A stretch of 54,643 nt of DNA, filler included, from Jimgerdemannia flammicorona (Eukaryota): the NCBI GenBank assembly GCA_003990765.1. It is 3 parts of 3 records of this genome, joined end to end, with 100 filler letters (N's around TTAATTAATTAA, not from the genome) between each part and the next. Parts side by side here need not be neighbours in the genome. Positions count along the whole stretch, not along the records: positions 1 to 18,149 come from RBNJ01002287.1; 2 more parts are not named here. One strand, given 5' to 3'. Positions 1 through 13,156 of the stretch are shown here, piece by piece. The stretch's first letter is position 1, and each line of letters begins with the position of its first letter. The position numbers and the translations under genes are program-made. The notes beneath the pieces were generated by a model, which worked only from the letters and a program-made list of their open reading frames with translations, did not search any database and was not told the DNA's origin.

Positions 1-394
1 AGACTATATAGGCCAAAACCCTCCCCCACCACCCACCGAACAATATCCCCCCATTAACCTAGGCTATGAAATTGTCCAGCAGTCCCACCACTCCAGCTAT
101 GCCTGTCAAACACTAGCTACGTCGACCCCAACGACATAGACTAGACTTGTCTGCTCACCAGGGCTGGATCATCGTTTACATGCGAGAGCACACCTACACG
201 TCAGATCTAGCAGCGCCGGGACTGAATTAAGAATAGCCCCCCAAACCCCAAAAGAAAGCCCGAGGCAAAGAAAAAAAACCCCCCAACCAATCAACAGAGA
301 GCAAAGTAGATTCAAAGCGGGTGAGTAAAGGACTTATATGCAGCACCTTCCTCAAAGGACTTACACATGGGCTAGGGTCTGAAAAGACCCCACT

Positions 395-546
395 CCCACT
401 CCCCGAGCCTGTGGGCCTCGATTACGTTGCCGTGTCAGCTCCCGGTTCCAGTCGGGTACTGCCAAATGAGGAAGGTCCCACTCCCCAAGCCTGCGGGCCT
501 CGATCGCGTTGCTGCATCAGCTCCCGGTTCCAGTTGGGTACAGCCA
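395..546. repeat. Two-copy direct repeat, ~70-bp unit, 82-bp period
   Basis: 395-464 (cccactccccgagcctgtgggcctcgattacgttgccgtgtcagctcccggttccagtcgggtactgcca) vs 477-546 (cccactccccaagcctgcgggcctcgatcgcgttgctgcatcagctcccggttccagttgggtacagcca). Confidence 0.9.
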
Positions 547-1174
547 GGACACCGGCCCCTACACTACCCCACCCCCCACCAGCCAATCGAAAGGCCCCAC
601 CGAAATATTGTCCGCCCCAACCCCGATGACCACCCCCAGCCTGGCACCCTACTGGTTCACCGTAATTGCCCTTCCTCCTATCTGTGATGGCCATCTCCCC
701 TCCCATCCCGACATCACCCGAAAAGCAGTCACCTATGCCAGAACCGCGCTCGCTGGGAAGCTCGCCAAAGCCAGAGGGCCCCACCACAGGTACCGAGGAC
801 CTGCAGGTAACCTACACTGAGCACTTGATGCCCAAGGTCGGCCGACTCCCTATGTAGCCCGAGACACACCGAGACAGCACCTTGTTGACGACGGCAAAAG
901 GAAGAAGGTGCCGCACCAAAACGGATGCACTCCAGACGCAGCCGAAGACACCAGAAACCGCGAAAAAGTGGAGAAGACACCGATCCGACACTGATAAAGG
1001 GGCAACTCATCACCATTGCCCTCCTCCCACCATGCCCATGCAGGCACAGCAAATCAACCCAAGGTAGAGGGGGTAATAATAGGGGAAAGGGGACTCGGAA
1101 GGTCGCCTACCAAACCTTGTGATGGGTAAGGTAGTGGAGAAAGGAGCATCCTCGAAAGTCTTTCAGGCCTTAGC

Positions 1175-2212
1175 TCACTGTTCCACAGCTCCATCCAGCT
1201 CCTCCAGTACTTCCAATAAATCCTCCTCCTCTTCTTCACTTCCTTTCACCCACGTCACCTTGCACAGGAACACTCTCCAAACCATCACCGAAGGCCAGTC
1301 CCTTGTCTTCCCAGTAGCCTCTTTCCCAGCCAGCCGAATCCTCACATCTACATCCCCAGTCCTGAGTGTAGTCCCTTCCCAGACCCTGAATCTGATATCC
1401 ACTATCTCTTCATACTCTACCATGACATTCTCTACTCTCTTCCTCGTCTCTATCACCGTCACCATGGGTACTCCTTTCACCAGCAGTTGGACCACCCTCA
1501 GATCCCATTTCAAACACCTCGCCATCAGAACACACATCTCCCCAACCATCAACCCAACCTTCAGTGCCTCCTCCAGTGGTTCAACCTCCTCAAAACCCAC
1601 CTTCACTCCCTCCAGTCCCTTCAGAAACTTCACTGAAGCTGCTCCTGCCACCTGCTTAGTGATAAGCCCCAATACTATTTTTGCCATCACTGCTAAGCCC
1701 CGGAAGCACAGCATGACCATGAATACCGAGATCAACTTCTTGAGTAATGGAGCCACCACCAGTCCTGTTATACCATCTGCCAGATCCCTGGGCCTTGTGC
1801 CCTTCCCACTGCTTAGCTTACCATCAGCAGTCCCATCTAGATTTTTTTCCAGATCACCCATCACACCCCCATCAGCAGTTCCCGCCCCAGCTGCAACCCC
1901 CCCAGCTCTATCCCTATGGCCCTCCAGAGAGGTACCCCCAAGAGGTTGCTGTCAAGAAGCCTTCACCAGTACCTTCCCCCCTCTCAGCCAGCTCTCCAGT
2001 CCAGCTCCCTGCCGACCCCCCTTCACCTTCTCTGCAAAGCTCACTCTGCCAGACCCTTGACCTCCAGCTCCACCCTCTCCTCCACTGCAGCCTCCCACCA
2101 GTAGGCCCCTCATACTTCCCTCCAAGCCGGGGCCTCTCCCCACTTGCTGCCATTCAAACGCTCTAGGGCTACTCTGCTCAGTATGCACCTCCAGCTGCTT
2201 GTTGGTCACCAT
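1175..2212 (-). pseudogene. Degenerate non-LTR retrotransposon (L1/Tx1-like) ORF1 remnant
   Basis: Minus ORFs 1952-2212 (SFAEKVKG) and 1175-1864 (GVKVGFEEVEPLEEALKVGL, VQLLVKGVP, LRTGDVDVRIRL) resemble the RRM-type ORF1 of L1/Tx1 LINEs. Frameshifted; no zinc knuckle or ORF2 seen. Confidence 0.45.
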
Positions 2213-2611
2213 GATACTAGTAGCTTTTCTCCAGAAACTGTGTCAAAAGTATTGCCAAAAGATTGTATAACCTGAATGTTACTGGAGAAAGATGATCTTA
2301 TAGCTCATTATAAATGCTTACTAGTTCTCTTACTTTCTCTTTACTTTGAACTATTTTGATCTGAGATTTATTTACTCTAGATATTGAGGATATTTATATG
2401 AGTTTGCTAGCTATAAGGTAACTAAGTTATAACTATATTTCATATGAGTTATTTTTCATAAGTATTAATTCTTGATATTTGTTAAATCTTTGACAATTGT
2501 CAAGATTATCTATAAAATATCAACATTTGTAAAAATATTAATATTTGTCAAAACTTTAATATTTGTAATTTATAAGACTATACTATATTTGGGAATTAGA
2601 TTCAGATACTA

Positions 2612-4200
2612 CAGTAACAGCCAAAACTGTAACAATGTTTAGTTATTTTTTATATATAATTATATTATAGCTTCAATATAAATACAATAAAATCCAAATT
2701 TTTACCATTAATAATATAATATCTCAGCTTTTGAATGGTATATTTTTTATTTTATTTGGATAAATATAGACATTAATATAACCATTTTAAGTTATATTAC
2801 CATTGTTATAGTTTTGACCCTCTTGGTCATCCAAACCTATTTGGGTTCACCACATGCCATTAAGTTGGGCTATAATTATCCACTTTTACTACAGTGTTGT
2901 TTCAGACATTCTTTACCACTCTATGGTATTTTGCCATCATTTTCAAGCAATGAAAAAGCTTTCTGTCGATGTTTGTAACCACATCATCTACTTACTGCAA
3001 TCTGGTTTATTCACATATAAGATTGCCAAAGAAACCAATGTGAGTGCAATGACAGTAAACCACGTAAAAATGGCATATTGCAATAATATTCCTTCATCGA
3101 AAGGTGGTTGTCTGACTATGTTTTCAGCTCAGGATGAAGTATGGATCACCCACTAAGTTACAATTGGCAAAGTAGATAATGCTACCAGGATTGTAAAAGC
3201 CCTTCAAGAAAGTGGCAAAAAGGCAAGCCTTAGCATGGTAAAACAAATACTCAAAAAGGCCGGCCTCAAAGCATACATGAAGCAAAAGAAACCACTTTTG
3301 CTGTCTTACCACATAAAGGTACGCTATAAAATACAAGCATTGGACAGTTGCCAACTGGAAAACTGTTGTATTTTCTGATGAAACAAAGATTAACTGTTTG
3401 GGTTCTGATGGACGTAAATGGATATGGCGTAAATCAGGTGGTGGTGGGGAGCTCCAACCAAACCAGGTGACTGGAATGCTAAAATTCAGTAGTGGATCAT
3501 TAATGCTTTAGGGATATATGACATACAAGGGCATCAGATACGCATGCCAAATCGAAGGCCGAATGAATGCTGAATTATATACTAGTATCCTTGGTGATGA
3601 ATTGCTTCAAATGATTAAGTATTACAAACTTAATCAAAAAAAGATCACCTTCCAACAAGATAATGATTCCAAACACACATCCAAAATAGCATGCAAATGG
3701 TTCAAAAACAACTCTATCTGCATGTTAGACTGGCCAGCGCAATCGCCAGACTTCAACCCCATCGAACATTTATAGTGCAAACTTAAAAAATGGTTGAATG
3801 CATATGACAAACCACCTAAAGGAATGCTGGAATTATGGGAGCATATACAGTATGTATGGAATAACATTCCAAAAGATGTTTGTATCAAATTAATTAAAAG
3901 TATGCCCAGGCACATTGCAGTAGTATATAAAGCCAAAGGTAGATATGTTAAATACTAAATAAAAATAAATAAGAGGTTTAGATGGCCAAGAGGGTCAAAA
4001 CTATAATAATGGTAATATAACTTAAAATGGTTATATTAATGTCTATATTTATCCAAATAAAATAAAAAATATACCATTCAAAAGCTGAGATACTATATTA
4101 TTAATGGTAAAAATTTGGATTTTATTGTATTTATATTGAAGCTATAATATAATTATATATAAAAAATAACTAAATATTATTACAGTTTTGGCTGTCACTG
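2612..4200 (+). mobile_element. Tc1/mariner DNA transposon, full length, ~227-bp TIRs, TA target duplication
   Basis: TA|cagtaacagccaaaactgtaa ... ttacagttttggctgtcactg|TA. TIRs at about 2612-2838 and 3974-4200 are near-perfect reverse complements. Confidence 0.95.
2950..3958 (+). pseudogene. Tc1 DD34E transposase pseudogene
   Basis: MKKLSVD.. HTH region, then VVFSDETK, FQQDNDSKH, WPAQSPDFNPIEHL, ending AKGRYVKY*. Internal stops and a frameshift. Confidence 0.92.
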
Positions 4201-4249
4201 TATAATCAAATGTCTATTCTACTGATTCATATTTCTAATTTAGATTAAC

Positions 4250-6291
4250 TGTAAGAGAGTTACTTATAAAAGTACTGTTACATAGTTCTGGAAGAGTTTT
4301 CTGGAAGTTCTGAATATTCTGAAAGACTATTTTCTTTAGGTTAAGATCAATTTTATATAAAGTATATCCTCTATACTTATTGATTTCAAGATTGGGTTAA
4401 CATCTTAACCAAAGTCCTTTTTCAGACTAGTTCTGGAAGTTTAGGATTTTCTGTATTTCAGGAAGTTTAAAAAACTAAGACCAGCTTAGTTGAATTGACA
4501 TATCACTATAGACAATACCCAATTAGGAAATTTTGTAATATGGTTAGAAGTGGAATCTAATGAGGTTTGAATTTACTTAAGAGTGATTTATGGGTTATTA
4601 AATAAGTTTATTTACTATTCATAATATTGCTATACTAGGAGTAGTTGTGTAAAGAGATATTGTGGAGAAGTATTCAGGGGTTATATTCAGATTATTCAAG
4701 TCTAAGTTTCTGAGGTCTGGAGAAGAGAGTATTTATACTAATAGGAGACTATCTGAACTATACTAAATATAGATGTAGCACTTAGTATCTTGCTGAGTCA
4801 GAATGTAGTTATATAGTATAAGTATGAACTGATATATCAAGAGATCATCTGACTGCTAAGTTAATATACAGTTATATCATATAAGATTAATCTAACTATA
4901 CTAATAACTACTAAGCTATCTATAGATTTAGATACTATCTAGATAGTCTTCAATGATATTACTATTGATGATATCATCTCTGATGAAGTAGTTATCTAAG
5001 AAGGGTGGTTCTTGAATTACTTCTCTCTATTCACTCAAATAATAATATATTAGAATCATATTACTATTTTATAGGATAGTATTATCTATCTTATATACTG
5101 GATATGAGTTGGTAGACAAAAGAGGAGTACATTATCTTCACTTTTCTCAGATTTGCTATCTATATATCTTTTGTAGATTATGATACTATATGTTACTGGG
5201 TTGTAGTAAGCTGGTAGCTATACTTTATATCACTTATACTCAGGTGGTATAGTTATTAGTTCAATCTCAGGAGTTGTCTGGAGGTATAGATTATATTCTC
5301 TAGTTTCCTTATTATAGTTAAAGTAATCAGGCATAAATACAGATTAATACTCATACTAGTAGTCATTATCTCAATAGGTCTCATAAGTGGTTATGAACTA
5401 TTGTAAGTTTATTAGTAAGGTTGGCAAAGTGATCAGGACTGGTAAGAATTCTTGGCTAAAGATCATATTGGTGTCAGAGAGATCATTATCTTCTACTTCA
5501 TCATTATCAAACTAGATTATATCATAGATATTCTTTATGGCATATCCAACTTGGGGTATTTGCAAGATATGGTCATCAGAGTGTAGGAAGGTTCTGTCTG
5601 TAGTTTTAATATACTTGATATACTTATGGTTGAGTTCTTGTATTATATTATCAATTTGGCTATAGGACAGAGTGGTAACTATTTCAGTGGTAGTGATTCA
5701 GAGATAGAGAATAATAGTACTATACTTATAAAAGAGTTCTTAATATTTATAAGTAATGAGTTTTTAGTGTTAAGACATCTGGATAATATCTGTATCATAG
5801 TGATGTTCAACTATGTCTTCTAGAAGGCAGCTGATCTGATAGTAGCTTGAGATTTATCTGATTTAGTGAGCTTTGCTGAGTATATTCAGGGTATTCTATT
5901 GGGCTTCTATGAAGTAAAGAGGTGTCAGGCTGTAGATATTCATGAGGGGCAAAGGAGATGTAGCTTGGTTGACAATGGTATTCTAAATGTCAGTACAGAT
6001 GTAGTTATAGATCTTGGTAATTATAGTTGTATATATATTCAAGAGTTGTAGTTGTTTGTTTTGTTTATTGTAGTTCTTCATTTTGATGTATTTAAGTACT
6101 TAGTATATATGTATTTAGTTCTAATTGATAAGATTCCATTTATATAAATCTTGTATTCTGTAACTTCAAGTTAACTTAGCTTTGTACTCTGTAACTTTGG
6201 TTTGACTCAGCTTTGTGATCTTATATGTGATTTTCAGATTTGTTCAGAGAGTAATGTGTGATTTCAGTGGCTTAGAGGTTGTATATTTACA
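4250..6291 (-). repeat. Family-A 3' LTR (~2.04 kb) with degraded internal ORF (~4928-6024)
   Basis: TG...CA termini; colinear with the reverse complement of 31792-33856; PPT immediately upstream on the minus strand. Confidence 0.92.
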
Positions 6292-9200
6292 ACTCTCCCC
6301 TTCTTAGCTTTTGATATTCTCATTAAGATTTTCTAATTTTGATCTAGTATTGTTATACTATTTGGATAGTCAAAAGTTCAGTAATATCTATTTTTCTCAA
6401 AAAGTGGTATACTCAAAGTACAGTTGTCTAATACATTAGATTTATATATTAAAGGATCATATGTTCAATACTGTATACCAGAAGTGATTCTGGTATCATT
6501 CGCTGCTGGAGAGTTTTATCTAAAGAATCTTCTTAAATATCTATATCTCATTTCTCATCAGTAATATGGAGAGAATAGACTGGCTTTCAGTTTTGCTATT
6601 TTTCTAGAGAATCAGTATTCTTTTATCTTGTCTTGCTGAGTTCTTGATTTCATTCATGATAATTATAAGGATACTTGATATTTAGGAGGGATAATATATA
6701 ATATAGACTAATAGATATTAGAGTATTCAGATTTCAGTTGTTCAAGAAATTATATTCTTGAACTAAGTCAGTAGTATTCTAGAGGTTAGTCTTGGGTTCT
6801 CATGTTGCATTATAGATCAGATATTCTTTCCATTTGACAAGATATTCAGAATAGTTCTTGTAGCTATATTTGTTGAGGATTTATTCAACTTTATATTCTT
6901 CTTGATCATTAATAATGACAGATATAGATGGTTTTGCAGTTTAGTTTGGAAATAACTCATTGTTATTTTCATTATATCACTTGAGACTTTGAATATTGAA
7001 GACTGGGTAAATCTTAATGGTATCTAGTAGTACCAATTTATAGAAAGTTGGAGAGACTTGTGCAATAACTTCAAATAGTTTAATAAATTTACTATTCAGC
7101 TTTGTAGATAGTCTGTGCTTAAGGTTGTCAACTTGGTATCCTCAGATATCTAGTAGAACTTTTTCTCTAATATCAAAAGTTTCTTCTTACTGGTACTGAT
7201 TGATATATTATAACTATTGTTCTTGAGCTTGAGATAAATTCTTGATTGCAATCTGACTTAAATTACACATTCAGAGTAGGAATTCTTTGACAGCTTTGAC
7301 AGTAGAGGGTTCATCAGTAGTTTAGATAAGTGTCAGAGAGATGTTTGGATTTTGTCCAGTATTAGTGAAAAATGGAGTCATTATAAGAGAGACTTAGTTA
7401 TCATTATTGTAGACAAACTCAACTGCAATAAGGTGTTCATACCAATAATTTTATCTATAGGAAATATACGTAGTTTCTTAGTATTTGTTCTAGAGTTCAG
7501 TTCATTCTTTCTGTTTGATCATTAGTTTGGAGTAAAAAGCTGTAGATAGTGTAAGTTTCATTCTAAGGTATATATAGAGGATTTTCTAAAAATAGCTAGT
7601 AAATTTCAGATCTTGATTACTAACAATAATCTTGAGAAGATCATAATAGCAGAAAATGTTGTCAAACAAGAGTATAGCTATATCTGGTACTATTGCAGTG
7701 ATAGTAGTTAGTATAAAGTAGACTTGTTTACTGAGATAGTCTATGAAAATAATAATTGTATCTTTCTCATTCTTGGTTTGGGATAGTTGTATAATGAAGT
7801 CTATAGAGATTTATTTTCAATTAGCAGATGGTACTGGAATAAGATAGAATAGACCAGGTTTTTCTAGTATTGAGAACTTGTTACATTAGCAGGTATTATA
7901 AGAAGTGATATAGGTCTTTAGCTAATCTGCCATATGAGGCTAATAGAAGTTTTGGAAAATAACTTCATAGTATTTATCAAATCCTAAATATCTGACTATA
8001 GAGGCATTATAATATTCAAATAGGATAGTTCTTCAGAGGTCTTGATTTTTTAGAACATACAATCTGTCTTTATAATAGATAGTATTATTCTTTAGTTAGT
8101 ATTGATAATACTGGATATACTTGTTAATATCATTACTGCTCAGGATTTCTTAAAGTACTTGAGCTTCTTTATCATCAGCATATGTTGTAATAATTTGTTT
8201 CTTAATAGAGTTGGTAACCAAGGCAAGAGTTTAGATAACTTCTTTAATTGGTAGTCTGGAGATTATATTGAAAACAATATTTTTCTTATTAGAGTAATAC
8301 TGAATTTTATAGTCAAAGTTAGTGAGGACTTTCATCTATCTGGCTTGCTTCTGAGAAAGGGTAGCCTGGGTCTTGATGTTGACTAATGATTTATAGTCCA
8401 TCAGTACTATATTCAAGATAGGATTACCATTTAATCAAAGTGTCTACAATGGCTAACATTTCCTTCTTATAGGTTGTATAGTTGATTTTAGTATCATTGA
8501 ACTTGCAGGAGTGATAGGCCACAGAGTATTCTTCTTACATGAGTACTGTTTCAAGAGCTAGGTCAGAGGCATCAGTAGTAACTTCATAAAGTATGGCAGG
8601 ATTTGCTGCTTGAAGTCCTAGAGTAGTTATCAAGGCATCCTTCAGAGCTTGAAAGGCTGTATCTTATTTAGATCCCCAATTTATAAGATTGTTGAAGTCT
8701 TTTTCTTATTTTGTAGTCTAGGGCTATTCTTCTTTCTTACTATACTTGGTCATTTGAGTGAGAGTAGTAGTGATCTTGGCAAAGTTAGTAACAAATTACT
8801 AATAATAGTTTGCTAGTTCTAGGAATAACTGGAGGTCCATTAACTTCTTAGGTCTGGGCTATTTCTTGATTGTAGAGATTTTACTAGGATCTACTTTAAT
8901 TCTATTGAGAGTAATAATGTATCTAAGGAATTAAATTTCCTTCAGAAAAAATTTATATTTGCTGAGTTTTACAAAAAGTTGGTTTTCTCAGAGCTTCAGT
9001 AGTACTAGTTCAAGATATTCAAGATGTTTCTCTAGGATTTTGCTAAAGACTAGGATGTCATGAATATAGACAACAACAAATTTGTCTAGATATAGATATA
9101 GGATGATATTTATCAGTATCTGGAAGGTTGTAGAGGTATTAGTTAAGCCAAAAGGTATAACTAGAAACTCAAAATATCCATAGCAGATTTGGAAAGCAGT

Positions 9201-11669
9201 CTTGTAGATATCTTCTTCTTTTATGGCAATTTGCTAGTAACTATTTCACAGATCAAAAGAGCTTATAAATTATAAGTTGGTAAGTCTATCAAATATTTCA
9301 TTGATTTAGGATAGTAGATAACAGTTCTTGATGATCTATTTATTGAGATCTTGGTAATCAATATACATTCATAGGCCTCCTTCTTTCTTGATAACAAAGA
9401 GAACTAGTATACTATAGAGTAATATACTAGATCTAATGAATTCTTGTTCTAGGAGTTCATCAATCTCTTTCTTGAGTACATTAATTTCCCTAGAAGACAT
9501 ATGATAGATTGACTTGAAGGCAGGCTTGGCATCTGGAATAGTCTTGATAGTATGGTCTACTACTCATTTAGGTGATAGATCTTTTAGAAGTTTCTTTGGG
9601 AATATATCTCAGAATTTCTAGAGTAAGGGTCTGATATAGCTGTCTACTTTGGAAAAGTCTTCTTTAAGGGTTTTCAATTCTTCTTTGGATGGGTAGATAG
9701 AGATAGCAAAGAGAGGGTATTTCTTGGCCAATTTCTTGAGTTGTAGCTTATTGATGTGGGTAATCTTTGAGCCAGAGTCACTAGAACTGAGTGGGTCTTT
9801 TTTGTCTTACAGTTTGAAATTATGGTATCTCTTCTTAATGGTTAGAGAATGATTTATCCAATTGATCATAAGGTTCTCTTATTTTAATCATGAGGTCTCA
9901 AGGATGATTTCATTATTAGAGAGTAGTATAATCTTGAGTATAATATATACTCAGTAGTCACTAATTTAGAAGAGTAGGTTGTGAACTTCCTTGCTAATGA
10001 TATGTGAGATTCTATCAGCTATAGTAACTGCTTGAGTCTATTATACTAAAGAGGTCAGAACCTTGAGTCTGTTGGCTGTTTCTTTATTAATAAAGTTACC
10101 TAAGGCACTACTGTCTATTATAATCTTAATAACTTAGAGTATAAGCAGTTTGTCTGATCTAATGATAATGATTTCAGTTATAAGAGCTTTTCTTCTATTG
10201 GTTCTCCTTTGGACCAGTTCATTGATACAAGAGAAGCAATCATTGATTATTCAGGAAGAGTATATTTCAATACTATGGGGGCATTAGCCACTTAGTACAA
10301 ATCTATCTTCGATTTTCTTGTAGAATTGTTCTTGTTTATAGTGAGTTAGGCTGAGACTTTATTTGATAAGCCAAATTCTCTGGGTCCTCAAATGGTAGGC
10401 AGTAGTTCAGAGACTTTCTTGACTATCAGAGTTGATTTAATTTTCTTGAATAGGATCTAGTGATATAGAAATCAATAGAAATCTTGAAGAGTATTCAACT
10501 ATAGTTTTAAATAAGGATAATGATTTTGTCTATATAATTTTCATCAATAACTCCTCCTTCTACTGAGAGTCCTTTCAATGCTAGGCTACTATGATAGTAT
10601 ATTCTTTCAATATATCTTTCAGGTATTTGAATACTGATTTCTATATAGACTTACTTAACTTCTCAGTTGGAGACTATGACTTCTTCAGCTAAATATAGGT
10701 CATATCTAGCTACTTTTTGACTTTTTTTAGTTGGGACCTTAGCAGTTGGCCTTAACTTGACAAAGTCTAGTATTTTGGTAGTCAGATTGTTAAGATGGTG
10801 CAGAGTGATAACAGTTGCTTATATTGCTATTTAGAGTTTTCAGTTAGGATAAGTACTGGCTATGTGTCCTGTCTTTTGGCAATAGAAGTATACTCCACTT
10901 CTACAAAGTTCATTTCTTTCTCCTTTAGTGAGTTTCTTAAAGATACTTAGCTAGATAGGTTCAGAATTTTTGGAGTGTCCAAGAGGTAGATATGGAGGGA
11001 ACTCAAGATGCTTCATATTTGAATTAGTCAAAGTTTTTTCCTTATTGTTGAATTATCTTCAAAACAGAATTGGTCCAGCTATTAGAATTCACTTGACCAT
11101 AGTCTTGATTCTTGTCAGGTACTATTGTTAGTAATTACAACCAACTGAGTGTCCTTATTCTTGGATTTTTCTTATAAGCCATTCAGGTAGTATATCAAAT
11201 AAATGATCTGCTCTTATACCATTTCATACTTCATTATTAACAATATATTCTAGACCAATAGTATTCAGGAGTGACTCAAATTTTATATAGAAGGTTTTAA
11301 ATTTCTCCTTGTCATATATATCAAATTTGAGATTTTTGAGTTTTATTCAAGATTTGGTAATTAGAGTTTTGCTATAGTATTGAGCAATCATGAGTTATTT
11401 GAGTCTAGGGGCTGTAGGATGGTTTCCATATTCTGGGGTATTATTTGCTATATTTTGGGTAATAACTGCAGGTCAGGTATCCTATATTAGAGATTTTTCA
11501 GAAAGGGTTCACCACTATTCTTCAGCAGATTCTTGAAAGAATATAATAATTTGACAGATATAGGCTGTAGAAGTAGTAAAGAGTTGTTCCAGAGTATAGT
11601 CTTAATTATTTATCAGAAGGCAATCAGTAACTCACTCATTGGTCCATTAGTTGACTTTAAAATTAGTAT
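4250..11669 (-). mobile_element. Ty3/gypsy chromovirus family A, copy A1 (3' LTR, pol, part of gag; 5' end lost at the A2 junction)
   Basis: Minus strand: gag, CCHC knuckle (~10850-10900), dUTPase (~10370-10780), protease, RT (VVYIHDIL ~9060), RNase H, integrase, chromodomain EEYKVE.ILNK..EYLVKWKEY..NAT.EP (~6770-6905), PPT aagaaggggagag, then LTR. Confidence 0.93.
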
Positions 11670-11856
11670 TGTAAGGACTGGCCATTCTTGTCTAGGGCAA
11701 GTATAAGCACACAACCTCCAAGTCACAGAAATCATATGTCACCCTTTGAACAAGCTACTGAAACCACACATGACCTCTGAACAAATCTGGAAATCATCTG
11801 CTTGATCATAAAGCTGAGTCAAACCGAAGTCACAGCACACAAAGCTGAGTCAACAC

Positions 11857-12480
11857 TAGTGCTCCTAACGAGTCAATTTAATCCAGATTGGATTCAGATT
11901 GATTCGGATTGAATCCCATCCAAATCAACTCGGATGGGATTCGAATCAACCATTGTTTTGATTTCCAAATTAGATAATTAAATATTTACATCAATAAATC
12001 AATGAATAATCATCCAAATTTGATGATCTTAGTGTCATTTGAAAGCCCTTAATAAGGCCTATCTAATGATACCAAGAACATTGAAATCCGATCATGTGTT
12101 GCTGAGTTATGAAGGAACCCATCTGAATCGCCGATTTTGGAAATTCTTCGATTTGCCGATTTTGGAAATTTCGTCAAATAGAACATTTTCCTTAATATAT
12201 CGGTAACACGTAATCCGATTTTAATTTTCTTGATAACATTAGAAAGGCCTTATTAAGGGCTTTCAAATGACACCAAAATCATTAAATTTGGATGATTATT
12301 CATCGAGTTATTGATGTAAACATTTAATTGTCCAATTTGGAAATCAAAACAATGGTTGATTCGAATCCATCTGGATGGGATTCGAATCCAATCTGAGTTG
12401 ATCTGGATGGGATTCGAATCCAATCCGAGTTGATCTGGATGGGATTCGAATTCATCTGGATTGACTTGTTCAGAGCACTA
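11857..12480. mobile_element. hAT-family foldback MITE inserted in the A2 LTR
   Basis: Ends TAGTGCTC...GAGCACTA; 8-bp TSD GTCAACAC at 11849-11856 and 12481-12488; long internal inverted arms; GATTCGAATC-type subterminal repeats. Confidence 0.93.
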
Positions 12481-12892
12481 GTCAACACAAAGTCATGGAA
12501 TACAAGATTCACACAAATGAAATATCAGGACCAAATACATATATATTAAGCACTAAGACATGTTGAAACAAAGAACCAAAAAAAACAACAACCACAACTT
12601 CTGAACATATACAAACATGACCACTGAGATCTATAATCGCATCCATGCTGATATTTGGAATATCATTGTCAACTGAATCACACTCCCTCTGCCTCTCATG
12701 AATATCCATAGCCTAGCACCTCTCTACTTCATGGAAGCCCAATAGAATACTCTGAACATACTTAACAAGATCCACCAGATTGGACAAATCTCAAGCTACT
12801 ACCAGATTGGCTGCCTCCTAGAAGATATGGTCAAACACCACCATAATACAGACATTACCCAGATATCTCAACACCAGAAACTTATCACCTAT

Positions 12893-13156
12893 CCCTTAGA
12901 TGGTAATGCAGCCAAATATGGCTGCAAATTTTTGAAAATTCATAAGTCTGAAAATAATAATAACTTTTCAAAAATATTTAAATTATTGATTTTTTATATA
13001 TTTTTTTACCTTTGGGTAAAATTTTATATAAAAATAAAATTTTGAATTTAGATGAATTGAGTTATATTTCTAACAGAAAATGTAAACTTGAAAAAATCAG
13101 ATTTTCTCAATTAAAAAATCACTGCTTAAAAGACGTTCCCATATACCATCTAAGGG
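12893..13156. mobile_element. MITE with CCCTTAGATGGTA TIRs and 2-bp AT duplication (CMC/EnSpm-like)
   Basis: AT|cccttagatggta...taccatctaaggg|AT. The empty site acc-tat-aaa-tac is visible in the sister LTR at ~21676. Confidence 0.8.

Larger units (their letters stand above)
2320..4249 (-). repeat. Family-B LTR, split by a Tc1 insertion (pieces 2320-2611 and 4201-4249)
   Basis: actagttctcttactttctctttactttgaactat... matches 48583ff and 42523ff. After the Tc1, tataatcaaatgtctattct...gattaac resumes the match to 48886-48933. Confidence 0.85.

Noticed and set aside
395..546. Hammerhead or HDV ribozyme in the GC-rich repeat
   Set aside because: The minus strand has CTGATGC/CTGACAC rather than CTGANGA, with no GAAA core or convincing pseudoknot.
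1119..2060. 313-aa Ser/Thr/Pro-rich plus-strand ORF
   Set aside because: Antisense shadow of the purine-rich minus-strand ORF1-like frame.
11670..11699. 30-bp TGTAAGGACTGG.. segment between A1 and A2 as a third LTR family
   Set aside because: Too short, with no second copy in the window.
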